Source: the human T2T-CHM13v2.0 reference genome, Homo sapiens
Assembly (NCBI RefSeq): GCF_009914755.1
Contig: NC_060939.1
DNA length: 64,000 nt
Direction: 5' to 3' (one strand)
Shown here: piece after piece, positions 13,365 to 29,229 of the stretch
Position numbering within the stretch: position 1 is the stretch's first letter
Layout: each line of letters starts with the position of its first letter
Notes under the pieces: model-generated
What the model was told of the DNA's origin: nothing
Seen by the model: the letters and a program-made list of their open reading frames with translations, nothing else
The model's database searches: none
Program-made: the position numbers and the translations under genes

Positions 13365-13921
13365 TATTAGGGAAGCAGGAGCCTAGGAGAGCCAGAGTGC
13401 CGCCATTTTAAAATCAGCTTCATCTTAAAACGAGCAAGGCACAATCCTTGCCAGTCACAACCCATGGTCATAGGATGTTTACAGCTAAGGCAGCAGCTTG
13501 GTAATGCCTGCAAGGTCAAACGCCTACAATAATAGAAGGTCCAGATGTCCCAATACCCATATCAATATATGCTTTCAGGATAATTATAGTTATGCTTTGA
13601 TGTACTCACACGAAAATGTCAAAGATAGTGTTGTTTAAATCAGTAGAATAATAAATTTTGTCATGCAGTCTGCTCACCCTCATGTAGTCACAGCTTAGTT
13701 TACTCTTTACATAGTTAGGACCCCTATATAAGAAAAACTTAAAACAAAGATGGTACATTCTTCTGCTTGCTTTCTGAGCATGCCCTATTCTGTAATGGAG
13801 TAGCTTTTAATAAATTTGCTTATTTCACTGCACTTTGCAACTCACCTTGAATTCTTTCCTTTGTGAAATCCAAGAACCCTCTCTCGGGGTCTGGATCAAG
13901 ACCCCTTTTTTTCCAGTACCA
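13365..13921 (+). mobile_element. MER41 (MER41C-like) ERV1 solo LTR
   Basis: Starts 'tattagggaagcaggagcctaggagagccagag', ends '...ggatcaagaccccttt...cagtacca'; TATATAA 13725-13731, AATAAA 13809-13814; 4-bp TSD atgg/gtgg. Confidence 0.8.
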
Positions 13922-14270
13922 GTGGAAGCCTGGCTTTAATTGCAAAATATATAGTATTTCTGTGTGGGCAGAGGGGAGGAAGTTTATAAGATACCCCCCG
14001 TCCTAAAAGGCAATGCACCAGCTGACTTCTCCACTGCCCCCAACTTGAAGCAGCCCACCTCCCACTGGGCTCCTTGACCAGCAAGGACTTCTTGCAGACT
14101 TGAAGAGGTCCTATTTCTGCCAGGCAAACAAAGACTCTCTAGCTCCTGAGGGAGATTTCCAACTCCCACAAGCTTCTACGCAGGGACGGTGTTAACCAAG
14201 AAGTTTCCCTGAAGCAGAGTTGGTAAAATGAAATATTTGCAGGTCAAATCCTATTTCCTGTTCTCTACTA

Positions 14271-14676
<406 letters not shown>

Positions 14677-15317
14677 TCATGCTAATAATTTTACATTTTA
14701 ATTTTTCTTTACTTTGAATGACATTAAGTAGCAAATTAAAAACACCAAGGCAGTTGAGAAAGAGACACTGGAAGAAAGGAAACAGCTTTACATTTTAATG
14801 AACAGTATTTTTTCCTGCTTTTTAAAGAAGAGGTCCTTTATTTACATTTTATACCCAGCTCTGCAATGTACGTAGCCAGCTCTGAAAGCAACGCTGGTGT
14901 CAGAGCTTTGCTTGACACTTGGGCCACCCTGGGCAACGCTTTTCACCAGTTGTAGTCCCGGGTTCACAATGGAAAATGAAGATATTTCAGAGCTGTTGAG
15001 GGTTAAGGTAAGTGACTGCAAGGGCAGCTGAATGTTGCTGATTCCTCAGTAAGGACAAGGTGCCGTGCTAAGTGCTGTACTGCTTGATCTCATATCTGCC
15101 TCACAGTGGCCCTACCCAGTGGGAATTACTGCCCTCTGCAGTGGATTTTGTGATCTTTCCAGCCTCCTGCAGCCACTGGCACTTTCTCTTGGCACTGTAC
15201 CCCAGCTCTGTTCTGGGGAGCAATCTCTGTCCTGTTGTGTGTGGTCTTGGTAGGACTGTCTCACATCCTTTCTTAGTCAGTGAGTCATCCTTTGACCCCA
15301 AAAGGCCAGTCGGGCTG

Positions 15318-15678
15318 TGATATGGTTGGGCTGTGTCCCCACCCAAATCTCATCTTGAATTGTAGCTCCCATAATTCTCGCATATTGTGGGAGGGACCCA
15401 GTGGGAGATCACTGAATCATGGGGGCAGCTTCCCCCATACTGTTCTCGTGGTAGTGAATAAGCCTCACAAGATCTAATGGTTTTATAAGGGGAAACCTCT
15501 TTCGCTTGGTTTTCATTTTCTCTCTTGTCTGCCACCATATAAGATGTGCCTTTCACCTTCCACCATGATTTTGAGGCCTCCCCAGCCACATGGAACTGAG
15601 TCCATTAAACATCTTTTTCTTTATAAATTACTCAGTCTCGGGTATGTCATTATCAGCGAGTGAAAATGGACTAACACA
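15318..15678 (+). mobile_element. THE1 (THE1B-like) MaLR solo LTR
   Basis: tgatatgg...ctaacaca termini; perfect 5-bp TSD ggctg (15313-15317, 15679-15683). Confidence 0.92.
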
Positions 15679-16923
15679 GGCTGTCCTCAGCGTTTAGATT
15701 CTTGACAGGACGTGATTCGTCCCCACCCTTTGTAGACAGCTCCCAAGTGGCCTTGGTTCAGAGGTCTGGCTTCTGGTACCCCCCGGAGTAACTCTGCGGC
15801 CTGACGTTTCTGAGCCCCCTTTCTGAAGCCCTTCCCTTCATGCTGCGAGCCACCTGTATCCAGTTCATAAGTCCCCCTTTGTTTAAGTGAACCAGTCTGT
15901 TTCTAATGCCTGCAACCAAAAATCACCCACGGATCGTCCCGAGTTTTCAGATAAGGAAAGCAAACCCAGAGAGGTAAGTGATCCCACAGCAAGGGAGCAG
16001 CAGAGCCGGGATGTGAGCCCTGGCAAACCAGCCGTGAGCCCCTAGTGTAAGTGCGTGGTGCAGTCTCACCCAAATGTTCCTTTTTTTAAAAAAAATTTCT
16101 ACCTGCCTGTGACACACTCACTGCTGTTCCGGGCTGGTTGCCTCCCTTGCCACTCAGCAGCCTCTATGTCTGTTGCCCTAAGATCACAGAGCCCCACCCT
16201 GTGGGTCCCTCACAGAAGAGGCAGGAGCTCCAGACCTGCACCCACTTTGCACCAGAGCATAGAAGCAGAGCCACCTTCTGGCATGGAAGGCCTTGGCTGA
16301 ACTGTCTTAACGTTAAATGCTATAGGATCCTCCGTCTCTTTAGGGCACCAGGAGCCCTGGAGAAAGACACAGCCCCCAGGGCTCACCCCATTCCCAGGCC
16401 CACCCCATTCGCACTCCCAGGCTGGCACCACTGTGGCTGCTAGGGCTCCAGTTGAAGGTCAGGTTCCAAGTGTGGAAGGAGAGCCACACCTGGCGGCTGC
16501 CTTGGATGATGAAGGGCATAGTCAATAGGGCCATTGCACTCGAACTCCAGGCCTTGCTGATGGCGCAAACAATGAGACTCATCCTGGGCAAGTGGACTGA
16601 CTTCTGGGCCAGCCTCAGTCCTGTGTGAGGAGGTCTCATGGTCTGTCTATAACACCAGCAAAACCTGCATGTCTGCCTCCTTCCCCTCCCCATACATATT
16701 TTGTCTCCTCCTACCCTCCTTGTTTTTATAGTTGCAAATGCACCCAGCTAAATTCAGGTCCAGAGACACAGCTTTGCAACTGACAACAGGTTTCATTTTC
16801 TCTACCAAGGAAAACTAATGGCTTAAGTAAAAATGAGCATGAAGAGGATGATGATGATATCAAGATACAGACAGTGAGATGGTCCTTAAATGAGAGAATA
16901 TAATTGTTGTTGTCAAATGTTGC

Positions 16924-16964
<41 letters not shown>

Positions 16965-16975
16965 TGTGTATGTGT
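16924..16975. repeat. (CT)n(GT)n compound microsatellite
   Basis: Direct reading. Confidence 0.9.
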
Positions 16976-17559
16976 TTATTGCAAGGAAACTTCTTGTTAG
17001 TTTATTTGGTCTTTATAAAAACCCAGAGGACAGTGGAACCAATGACAGTCTCAGTGGGAGATGAGGCCACTGAGGTGCAGAGAACTGGCATTATCCAAGG
17101 TCACTGGGCCAGCACACAGCAGAATCATGACGGAAACCCAGGTCTTGTGCCATCTGTGCCCCACCTCGGGGTCCAGCACTGCCACTGGGCTCTCAGCAAA
17201 GCCTATGGCCAAGCCCCTTGGGCAATGCGCTTCCTAATTCCCCATGCTGGCAGCTGCGGATGACACACATTCTGTAGCATGTGCCCCCCGTCTGTGGTAA
17301 GGCGCATGTGATAAGACGCATGAGGGTGGATGTGAGCTCCAGGGGACATGGACCTCCCTAGCCTTGCCCACTGCTACGTTCCCACATCTAGAGCAGTCTG
17401 GCGCATAGCAGGTGCTTCATGCATATTTATGGAGTGAATGAATGCTCGACTTCCACTCTTCCTAAACAAGACTGATAAGCTGTCCAGGCAGGAGAAGGAG
17501 TCTGCATTGAAGGAGTCTGCATTGAAGGAGCACCTTCTCCGTTGGGCAGTCCACCATGC

Positions 17560-17720
17560 TGATCTCATTTAATCCTCGCAAGAGCACTTGGAGGTGGGAA
17601 TAACTTTATAGGCAGAGAATCTGAGACTCAGTCTTGCTGAAGGTAATACAATTAATAAAATTAATAACTGACCAGACCGGGACTCAAACCGAGGTCTGAC
17701 TGAGTCTAGGCTGTCTCCTT
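17560..17720 (-). mobile_element. MIR
   Basis: 'gatctcatttaatcctc...gggactcaaaccgaggtctgact'. Confidence 0.6.
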
Positions 17721-17931
17721 TCCCCACTGAGCCACACCAACCACCTTCCAAGGTCCTTAGAGTGCACGTGTTTGCGGCACTAAACCCTCTTTTATCTGCA
17801 AGGCAGCCATCTGCCTGTGGTGCTAGCTGTGCAGGCTGAGGTGATCTCTCTGCCTTATCCCAGGGCACCCTAGCTGCAAGCAGAAGAGCAATAGCTATAG
17901 CATCAGAGCTCTGGAAAGGAGTGAAGGCAAT

Positions 17932-17938
17932 TGTGTAT

Positions 17939-17978
<40 letters not shown>

Positions 17979-17997
17979 ATGTATGCATGTGTATATG
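17932..17997. repeat. (TG)n microsatellite
   Basis: Direct reading. Confidence 0.93.
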
Positions 17998-19475
17998 TCA
18001 AGCCTGAATTCCAACTGGCAGGATAAATTCCCAGCACTTAGTAGGTTCTGACTATACATTAGTGGGATTAATTCACTGGACTTGTTGAATAGTATTAGTG
18101 CTCGTAAGGAAGAACAATCCAACATTGACTATTCAGCAAAATAACAATCACCCTTCTTAATGCTATTGCACTTTTAGCTTCCGAAGTACCCACAGGTACT
18201 TTATCTATTTACCTTGGACCCAAGGAGTAGGTAAACCTTGCTCCCATGTAAACAGACAAAAAAAAGTTAAAGCAGAGAAGTTCTATGATCTGGCCAAGGA
18301 CCTGGGAGCTGTTACGCTGCAGAGGCAGAGCATAGCCAGACTCTGGTATCATCAGGCCTTTCCAGCAGCCCACACTTAGCCCCCTACTCTCCTCCTCCCT
18401 TTGCATTTGGTCAGCAGACCTCTGAACCTCTGCCACAGAAGAGCTGTGAACAGACCAAAAAGTTATCTCAATTTTGTATCCTTACAGCAATCATCAACCT
18501 AAACTCATGAAACCTACTTTTACAAACAGCACTAGAAAGACAGGCTTCACAGAGAGAAGGATTAGAACCTCAGGGAAATTTCCTTTCCTTTTTCTTTTTA
18601 AAATAAAAAAGCAGTTTGTTGTATGTGCACAGACTATTGTGCAGTGCTGGAAAAACCTACTTCTCCAAGGCATCCCTGGCAGAAGCTGGTTTGCAGATCT
18701 CAGGAGTGGAGGTGGGGAGAAAACCTGCAGCTGTTAATCTGCCGGCTGCCCTGCTAGAATGTGAATTGGAAACTCTAGAGGTCAAGAGGAGAACAGCTTT
18801 CTCTCAAGTTTATTCCCCAGGCAGCTAGTGTTACTCAGACAATGCTGATTGCCCTTTTGCCTGTGATGGACCGGCACCCGGCCCTGGTCCCAGATATGTG
18901 TGAGCCACTGCAAAGCAGTCTTTCAGCATCAGCGTTAAATGCCTTTCTAAAATAACATCACTCAAATTTTATGTGCAAAGCAGCTGAGAAGAGCGGGAGG
19001 CCCAGCCATCCTTCTAGCCTACAGGTGAAAGTGTTACCATCAATGGTGTGAAACCCACTCACAGGAGTAAAAGGCCCTTGTCTATTACACTTTTCCAAGT
19101 GAGAAGAGTTCCTAGCTCGGATCTTTGGGCTGATGTAATTATGTCCCAGGTTACTTCCCCTCTTCTCCCTCCATCTTGCTGCTCTCCATAGAAAGCACAG
19201 GTTTCAATCATTACAAGGTTTGTGTTAAATGACCTCATTTTCCTGTGAGTCTGCCAAGCCCTATGCATGTCAAAGAACTGTGGGGCCAAGAATCATTTTA
19301 GAAATTATGATGCTCTTTCAAAAAGTAGGAATTTTTGCCAAAGAGGGAGGTGCAGAATGAAGGTATGGAGGAGAGATGGATGGAATAAATATTGATATTT
19401 ATCTCCCCTTTGCCCTCCCCCCAACAGCCAGAAATAATGGCCCTCTCACTTATATCTCCAGATCCCTATAGGCAT

Positions 19476-20659
<1,184 letters not shown>

Positions 20660-21785
20660 GATATTTTAGTGTCAGCACTTATTCAAGGGCTACGGCTAGC
20701 CCAACTTCAGTATACACCATTCACATTGCCAGTAGTCTAGGTCACTGGAACCTAGAGTTGTGGAGTAGATAGCCTACACAGCCACACTTAGGTGGCCTCA
20801 GTCTTATCCCATTGTGCTATCTAGCTGTTATCCTAGACTGACCCCAACTTCCACCCCTCAACTCTACCCAAGACTGTACCACTGAGCACAGGGACCATCC
20901 AGTATGTCCTATTCATTTTGGAGGTCTACAGCATGCTTATGCTGCTTCGATATAGTAGAGCTTCCATAAATGTTTGTGGAGTGAATTGTAGGTTTAGAAG
21001 CCTTTGAAAGATTAGAAAACTACGTATGTTATCTCCTCATGTGTTTAGTAAGAATAGGCTCAGTTATGCTGTGGTTAAAAGACAACCTCTCCTTGAAAAG
21101 ATCAACATTGACAAAAATTTAGCTTAATGGAGAATAGAGAAGGCTCAAATTATGAAAATCTGGAATAACACTGAAAGAAATATCACTATAGACCCTACAG
21201 AAATACAAAGGATTGTAAAAGAATACTCTGAACAATGGTGTGCCAAAAAATCCAATAACCTGAACGAAACAAAAATTTCTAAAAGTATACAAACTACCAA
21301 AACTGACTAAACGAGAAAAAATCGAAGAGAACCTGTAAGAGATTGAATTAGTAATACATTCTTTTTCCCCCACAAAGAAAGCCCAGACCCAGATGCCTTC
21401 ACTGGTGAATTCTACCAAGTACTTAGGAAGAATTAACACCAAACCTTCCCAAACTCTTCCAAAAACTAGAAGAGGAGGCAATACTTCCCAACTCATTCTA
21501 TGAGGCCAGTATTATCCGGATACCAAAAGCATGCAAAGACATTTATTATAATATATCTTGCAAATATAAGCACAAGCTCCTCAACAAAATACTAGCAAAC
21601 CAGATCCAGCAACATATCAAAATGATTGTATCCCATGATCAAGTAAGGAGTTATCCCAGAAAAACAAGTTTGATTTGAAATACAAAAAGCAATCAAGTGA
21701 AATAAAGGACAAGATAAAAAGACAAAAACCATATGATCATCTCAATAGACAGAGAAAAAGCATTGAACAAAATCCAGCACTCTTT

Positions 21786-22403
21786 TGATACAGGAGATAG
21801 AAAGAAATTATTTAGGCAGATAGTAAGGGCAACAGAGTCATCAGTGGAATTTCCCTTTTAACAAAAAGCAGCCCCAAAATAATTTCCTTTCTAACAAAGA
21901 GCAGCCTGAAAAATCGAGCTGCAAACATAGATAAGCAAGCTGGAAGCTTGCACAGCTGAATGGCGGCAGCTGTGCCAATAGAACAGGGCTACCTGGAAGC
22001 CAGGTATATTCAACATGGAGGCTCCATCTTCCCTTTTCTTTGTCACCATGTGCACAGTAAAGAAGCAGGCAACATGGCACTGGCCAGATAGCATTATAAA
22101 AGAATAGGTTGGAGGCGGCTAGATTTTCACTCGCTATGCAAATGGCACACCTGGTCTGACCAATCTTTCATGCGCTATGTAAATCAGACACCACCTCCTG
22201 AAGCTCCTCTATAAAACCTCCTGCATGTCACCACAGACAAGAAGACCCGCTCAAGACCCCTCTCTGCAAGAGAGAGCTTTTCTCTTTCTTTTGCCTATTT
22301 AACCTCTGCTCTTAATCTCATTCCTTGCATGTCCATGTCCTTGATTTCCTTGGTGTGAAATAACGAACCTTGGGTATTTACCCCAGACAATGACACCACT
22401 TCA
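21786..22403 (+). mobile_element. LTR9-like (HUERS-P3 group) ERV1 solo LTR
   Basis: tgatacaggagatagaaagaaattatttaggcagatag...accacttca; perfect 4-bp TSD cttt (21782-21785, 22404-22407); L1 ORF2 continues across it. Confidence 0.8.
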
Positions 22404-22706
22404 CTTTCATGATAAAAGCAATCTACAAATTAGGAATAAAAAGAAATGTCCTCAACTTGATAAACAGCAACTATGAAAAACCCACAGCTAACATCATACT
22501 TAATAGTGAAAGACTGGGAGCTTTTCCTTTAATACCAGTAACAAGACAAGGATGTCCACTCTTGCCGCTTCTATGCAACACTGTACTGGAGGTTCTAGCC
22601 ACAGCAATTGGCAAGAAAAAAAAAATTGAAGGCATCTAGATTGCAAAGGAAGAAGTAAAACTAGTTGTATTTATAGATAACATGATCTTGTATACAGAAA
22701 ATTCTA

Positions 22707-23105
<399 letters not shown>

Positions 23106-24566
23106 CTAAGAATATAACTAAAAAATTTAAAATTTATACACTGAAAATTACCAAACACCATTGAAAGAAATTAAAAAAGACTTAAATAAATAAAAAGATG
23201 TCCCATGTTCATGGATTGAAAGACTTAATATGGTTAAGATGGCATTACTCTCCAAATTGATGTACAGAGTCAATGCAATCCCTACCAAAATCTCAGCTGT
23301 CTTTTTTGTAGATGTTGCCAAGCTGATCCTAAAATTCATATGTAAAATCAAGGAATCCAAAAGTCAAAACAATCCTGAAAAAAAAAAAACTGGAGGACTC
23401 ACACGCCCCAATTTCAAAACTTACTAGACAGCTATAGTAATCAAAATTATGTGATACTAGGATAAGAATAGAAATATAGATCAATGGAATGGAATTGAGA
23501 GCTGAGAAAGAAATAGACACATTTATGGTCAACTGATTTTTTATTAGAGAAAAAACAAACTTTTTAACAAATGGTGCTTGGTCTGGCAACTGGATATCTA
23601 CATACAAAAGAGTTAAGTCAGAATCTCTATCTCACACCATATGCAGAAATTAACACAAACTGGATCAGAGACTTAAATGTAAGAGCTAAAACCACACACT
23701 CTTAAAAGAAAACATGGGAATAAATCTTCATTACCTTAGATTAAGCAACACCTTCTTAGATATGACACCAAAAGTGCAAACAACAAAAGGAAAAAACAGA
23801 TTGGACTCCATAAAAATTTAAAACTTTTGTTCTTCAAAGGACATCATCAAGAACGTAAAACAACCCACAGAAGCGGAAAAAATATTTCAAATCATATATC
23901 TGATGTTTATATTCAAAATTATAAACAACTCTTACAACTCAATAAAAGGACAAATAACCCAATTAAAAATGATCAAAGGATTTAAATTAACATTTCCTCA
24001 ACGAACAGCTACAAATTGCCGATAAATACATGAAAAGATGCTCAACATCATTAGCCATCAGGGAAATGCAAATCAAAACCACAATAACATAGCACTTTAC
24101 CCATTAGGATGGTAATAATTAAAAAGACAGCTATTAATATTAATAATATTAATTAATATTAATAATAAGACAGGTAATGATTAATGTTGCAGAGAAATTA
24201 GAACCGTCTTACCTGTCTGATGGGAATGTAAATGGTGCAGCTACTTTGGAATGTCTGTCAGCTTCTCAAAAGTTTAAATGTAGAGTTACTACATGACCCA
24301 GCAATTCCACTCTTAAGTGTATACCCAAGAGAATTTGAAACAAATGTCCACACGAAAATTTGTACACAAATGTTCATAGCAGCATTACTCATAATAACTA
24401 AAAGGGAGAAATAATCCAGATGACCATCAACCAGTGAATGAACAAAATACAGTATATGTAATATACAAAATGTAGTATACATGGACTATGATTCAAGAAT
24501 AAAAGGGAATGAAGTGCTGATATATGCTACAATATGGATGAAACCTGAAAACATTATGCTAAGTGA

Positions 24567-24888
<322 letters not shown>

Positions 24889-25339
24889 CAAAAGACTACA
24901 TATTATATGAAACGTCCAGAATAGGCCACATCTATAGCGACAGAAAGTAGACTAGCAGTTGCCTAGGGCTGGGAGTCGGGTGGGAGAAAATGGGAAGTGG
25001 CTAGTAATAGGTTTGGGGTTTCTTTTGGGGGTGATGAAAATATCCTAAAATTAAATAGCAGTGATGGCTGCTTACACCATTAAATATACTAAAACCTACT
25101 GAAATGTATCACTTGAAAGGCTAGTTTTGTGGTATGAGAATTACATCTCAGTGAAGCTCTTCTTCAAAAAATTATTTCAAATTGTCAAAATAGCTTGTGT
25201 AAATATGTATCTGTATAAACACTGGATACTGGGAAAAGAATTTGTATTGAATATTTCTATCACTAGATGGATGGTAGGAGAATAAATACGCAAGTGTGAC
25301 TAGCTCCCATCAGCCACAGATAGGAGGAAGGGAATTAAA

Positions 25340-25530
25340 TGTATTGAGCATCTACCATGTGCCAAGCACCAGGGCAGATGCTTTCATTTAATCTTCACAG
25401 AATAACACTATTAGGTGGTACCTAGATCTATTTCACACATGAGGAAACTGAGGTGAAGGGAGTTGCTCAAGCTCTTACAGCTGGTAAAAGGCAGAGCCGG
25501 GATTTAAACCGAAGACTGTCTGACTCCCAA
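25340..25530 (-). mobile_element. MIR
   Basis: 'tattgagcatctaccatgtgcca...atgaggaaactgagg...ggcagagccgggatttaaacc'. Confidence 0.8.
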
Positions 25531-28059
25531 ACCTTTTGGCACTAACCATCAGGCAAAGGACATGTAAAATCTGATTAATAGTAGTGGCAAATGGTATTCT
25601 GGCTGTATTAGGGACCAGAAGAATTTTCCAAAATTATCATCGACTTTGGGATTGGCATCTGATAAAAAATGGATGAGAAGTCCAGCTGTAGCTATGATTT
25701 CTATGGTCCCTGCATGTAGCTAAATTCCCTGCCTCTTCAGGACCTAATGAAGAATTGCATTGAATCTACTAACTCCAAGCTGCTGACGTCTATTTGAGCG
25801 TTCGATGTTCTTTCTCCCATGTTAAAGCTATTCCTTAGTGTTTTCACCCTGTTGAGCAACCTGACCAGATAAGGCCCTTTATGCACACACAAGACGTAGA
25901 CCAAATTCAGGCCGTAGAGTAGCAGTCTGGTGGGACACAGATTCCTCATGACATAGAATTGACCTGGGTTTGAGGACACGAATGACCAAGATGATTAACT
26001 GACCCCAAGATTCATGCGGCCCTTCCATGCTGTGGAGTTGTTGCTAGGAAGTCAGGCTGTACATCTGTCTCTTTGTATCTTTGTGGAGGCACATAATGAG
26101 TTCTAGCCAGTGGACTGTGAGCAGAAGTTTGGGCAAAAAATTCTGGGGTTCTAGGAACCTAGACTACTGTCTAGTAGCGTTACACAGGCTCTGCGTGGAT
26201 GCACCTCCTTGTTCCTGGGACTATTTACCTCTTGGACAGCAGTGTGGCCAGAGGAGGGCCAAAGCAAAGCCCTCTAAGGCATTGGGCCCACATTAGGAGC
26301 CGACTTGCCCAGGGGTCAGGGGGTACTGGCCATGAAATTTCAGGTGAGGATTAATTTTCTTGCCCATGAAAATAGAGATACCATGACCTATTTTGCAGAG
26401 TTGCTTTGAGGATCAAAGGAAATACTTTATATAAAAAACCTGGTACACAGTAGGTGCTCAGTAAATGTTCATTTTCTTTTTTGTCTCTGACCTTCCTAGT
26501 ACTTCCCTGTTCTTCCCCTCCTTTCCCTTCATGACCCCTCTTCACCCTCATCCCCAGCTGTGTTCTCTTTCCTTCCTCTCTAGAGCCCAGGGGTTTGGCT
26601 CGCCTGACTACAGAGGTCCTGAGGTCACTCCTCTCCCATCTTCGGCTGCAGGAAAGCTCCTTTTCCATTTAGAACATATTCTGGGGTTTTTCTGGTTTTA
26701 GGGAAGGGGAGATACTGCAGTTTACAGAATGGGTCAGAAACCTCAGATTACTCTCTTGCTTGCTAATGAGAAGGTTGAGAAAGGCTTTTGGGTCCTGGCC
26801 AAAACCTCTTGGCTTTTATGGGGCAGAAATTTGATTTCCAGTGAGATGTCAAAACATGCCACTGAGCATAACTTGCAGAGGTTTGTATTTCACTTATTTG
26901 GTTATGAAATGAACAAAAAGCACTTCCTTTATGTTACCCTCAGCAGCTCTCAGTCTTTTGGGGACTGAGGGACCCTTGAGAGATGCTGTCAACTTCAGAT
27001 CTCTTTTCCAAGCCCTCCTTTTCTTCACAAAGCCCCTTCAGGAATGCCTCAGCATCTCGTCTTTGTTTCTTGTGACTTGCCCTGTCTTTATGAATGTTGT
27101 TGCTGCCCAGAGAGAGAAGTCCAGGCTTAGTTGCTTGACACTCAAGCCTGTGCCAAAGATCAGGCCTTCCCCTGGCCTGTGTCCTCACCACCCCAGGTCT
27201 TACCTTAAGCCTTTGAAGGGGAGGTCTCTTAGAGAAAGTTTTGGTCTTAAAAAAAATTTTCAAATCTTTCTTCTCCTGCTACATCTAGTTATTGAGGAAT
27301 AAAATATAATCTCCAGCACCCAAATTTATCTGTTCCTTAGTTTCACATTGTTTAGGATCAGAGTGACAGGTTCAGGAATTCTCTTTCTGGGAAGAGTGGC
27401 TGAAAAATTAAAACAATGAAGTTGCTTTCCTTATATGAAATATTTTTCATGAGTAGGATTAACGCATGTTTTCTTCCAACTTTTACCCAATTCTATATTA
27501 ATCTTGTTTTTCTATCTCAAAAAGCACTTGACTTTGAGCCAGATGTGATAGAAGCAATTCACAATCATTTCTTTATTGATTCCATTTTTGGGGGCAAATA
27601 TTTACTGAGCACCTACTATGTATAAGACATTGTGTTGGGCACTGTGAAGGATGCAAAGATTGATGAGCCATGACCTCTGCTCTCAAGCTTTTAAGTCAAT
27701 CCTGGTTTAGTTATTCTTTCTATTGAGATGTTTTGTGGCCCTGCCTTAGACTTTGAGTCTAAGTCCGTGGCTTTCTTCTAGAAGCAGAACTATGCTTATG
27801 CAATTCTTCGTACCTTTGAATAAGAAAGTATTCATGTAACGAGTACTCTGTATCCAGCCCCAAGTACCCAGCACTATAGAGATTCAAGGCAAGTTTAAGT
27901 CACGATCCTCTCTTCAGTGATCTAGATAAGAAGAGAAGACAATTATTCAGCAATGTTAAGACAGATGCCTGGATGTAAACAAATACAGAATTTTATAGTC
28001 AGGTGAGTTTTAAACTTCGATAGACAAAATTTAAACTTGCCAATTATAGTATCTATGTA

Positions 28060-28620
28060 TCTACTAAAGCTTATCATGTGTATACCCTAAGACTCAGCAA
28101 TTTCAGTCCTAAATACATACCCAATAGGACTGTGTACATATATTCATCAAAAGACACTTTGAGGAATGTTCATAACAGCACTCTTTGTAACAGCATCAGA
28201 CTGGAAACTACCCAAGTGCCCTTGGCATTTGATGGAAGGGATAAGTAAATTGTGGTATAATCAAATAATGGGATACTATATAGCAATGAGAATGATCTAT
28301 CTGAATATGCAATAATATAGATGAACCTCACAAAAATAATGCTTAGCTAGAGAAACCAGAAGCAAAAAAACAAAAACAAAAACCAAAAAAACCTCACATT
28401 CTTCTATTTCTAGAAAGGACAAAAACAGGCAAAAGTATTCTATGCTCTTAGAAGTCATGATTGTGGCTATTTTGGAGGGATAGAGGGATAGTGAGTGAAA
28501 AAGAGAGACAGGAGGGGACTTCCGGGGATGGGAACATTCTGTTCTTGATCTGGGAACTAACCCTATGGGTGTGTTCAATTCTGAAACTTTTTTTGTTCGT
28601 TTTTTTGGTCTAGATATTAT
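28060..28620 (+). mobile_element. Old L1M (L1ME/MC-like) 3' fragment
   Basis: 'gactcagcaatttcagtcct...gaatgttcataacagcactctttgtaacag...gatgaacctcaca'. Confidence 0.75.
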
Positions 28621-29229
28621 ACTTAAGTTTTAAAGAGTCACCAATTTAAAAATTGACAGAATTCGGAATCACCAATCAAGAAGCCTGAATCTTAGAGCTG
28701 ATTCTGACTGTTGATCATTGCCTTGGGCAAATCCATCTCTTTGTGCCTTGGGTTTTTCATCCATGGAGTGGTGATAAGGCTTTCTCCCTGTGTCTCACAG
28801 CTAGCTGCTTTATTATATGTAGGGAAACCTGGCAAACCAAGCAGTAGTTGTGGGGCTTCTTTGTGCAGTTTCACTGTTGATACTTAGGAGCCTGCTCTCC
28901 ATTAAACTGTATTTCATGAAACCTGGCCTTTTCAATGTAAACTCTGACTTGGTCTTTGAATCCCACCTTCCTTCCACTTTGTTTATTCTCTACAGCTCCT
29001 CGGTCTCATGGAGCAGTTCCTCAATCTGAATGTTTCACCTTATGACATGATGGTATTTGGCCTCAAAATATCAAACAGAATATGGCACCCTCTGGGGATA
29101 TGGAAGCTTATTCGGTTATGTTCTGGAATAACACACATATATGAATGCTAAAGCCTATGAGAGGGGTTACTGAAAAGGACCCCCTTGCCACGCCAAAGTT
29201 CAGTTCTGAGTCTGAACATGTATCTTGCA

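Noticed and set aside
12757-13386. 209-aa ORF
   Set aside because: Non-ATG start, no recognisable domain, ends inside an LTR; consistent with chance in GC-richer DNA
13365-13921. MER41 as an interferon-gamma-inducible STAT1 enhancer
   Set aside because: The known tandem GAS sites belong to MER41B; I find no TTCNNNGAA in this MER41C-like copy
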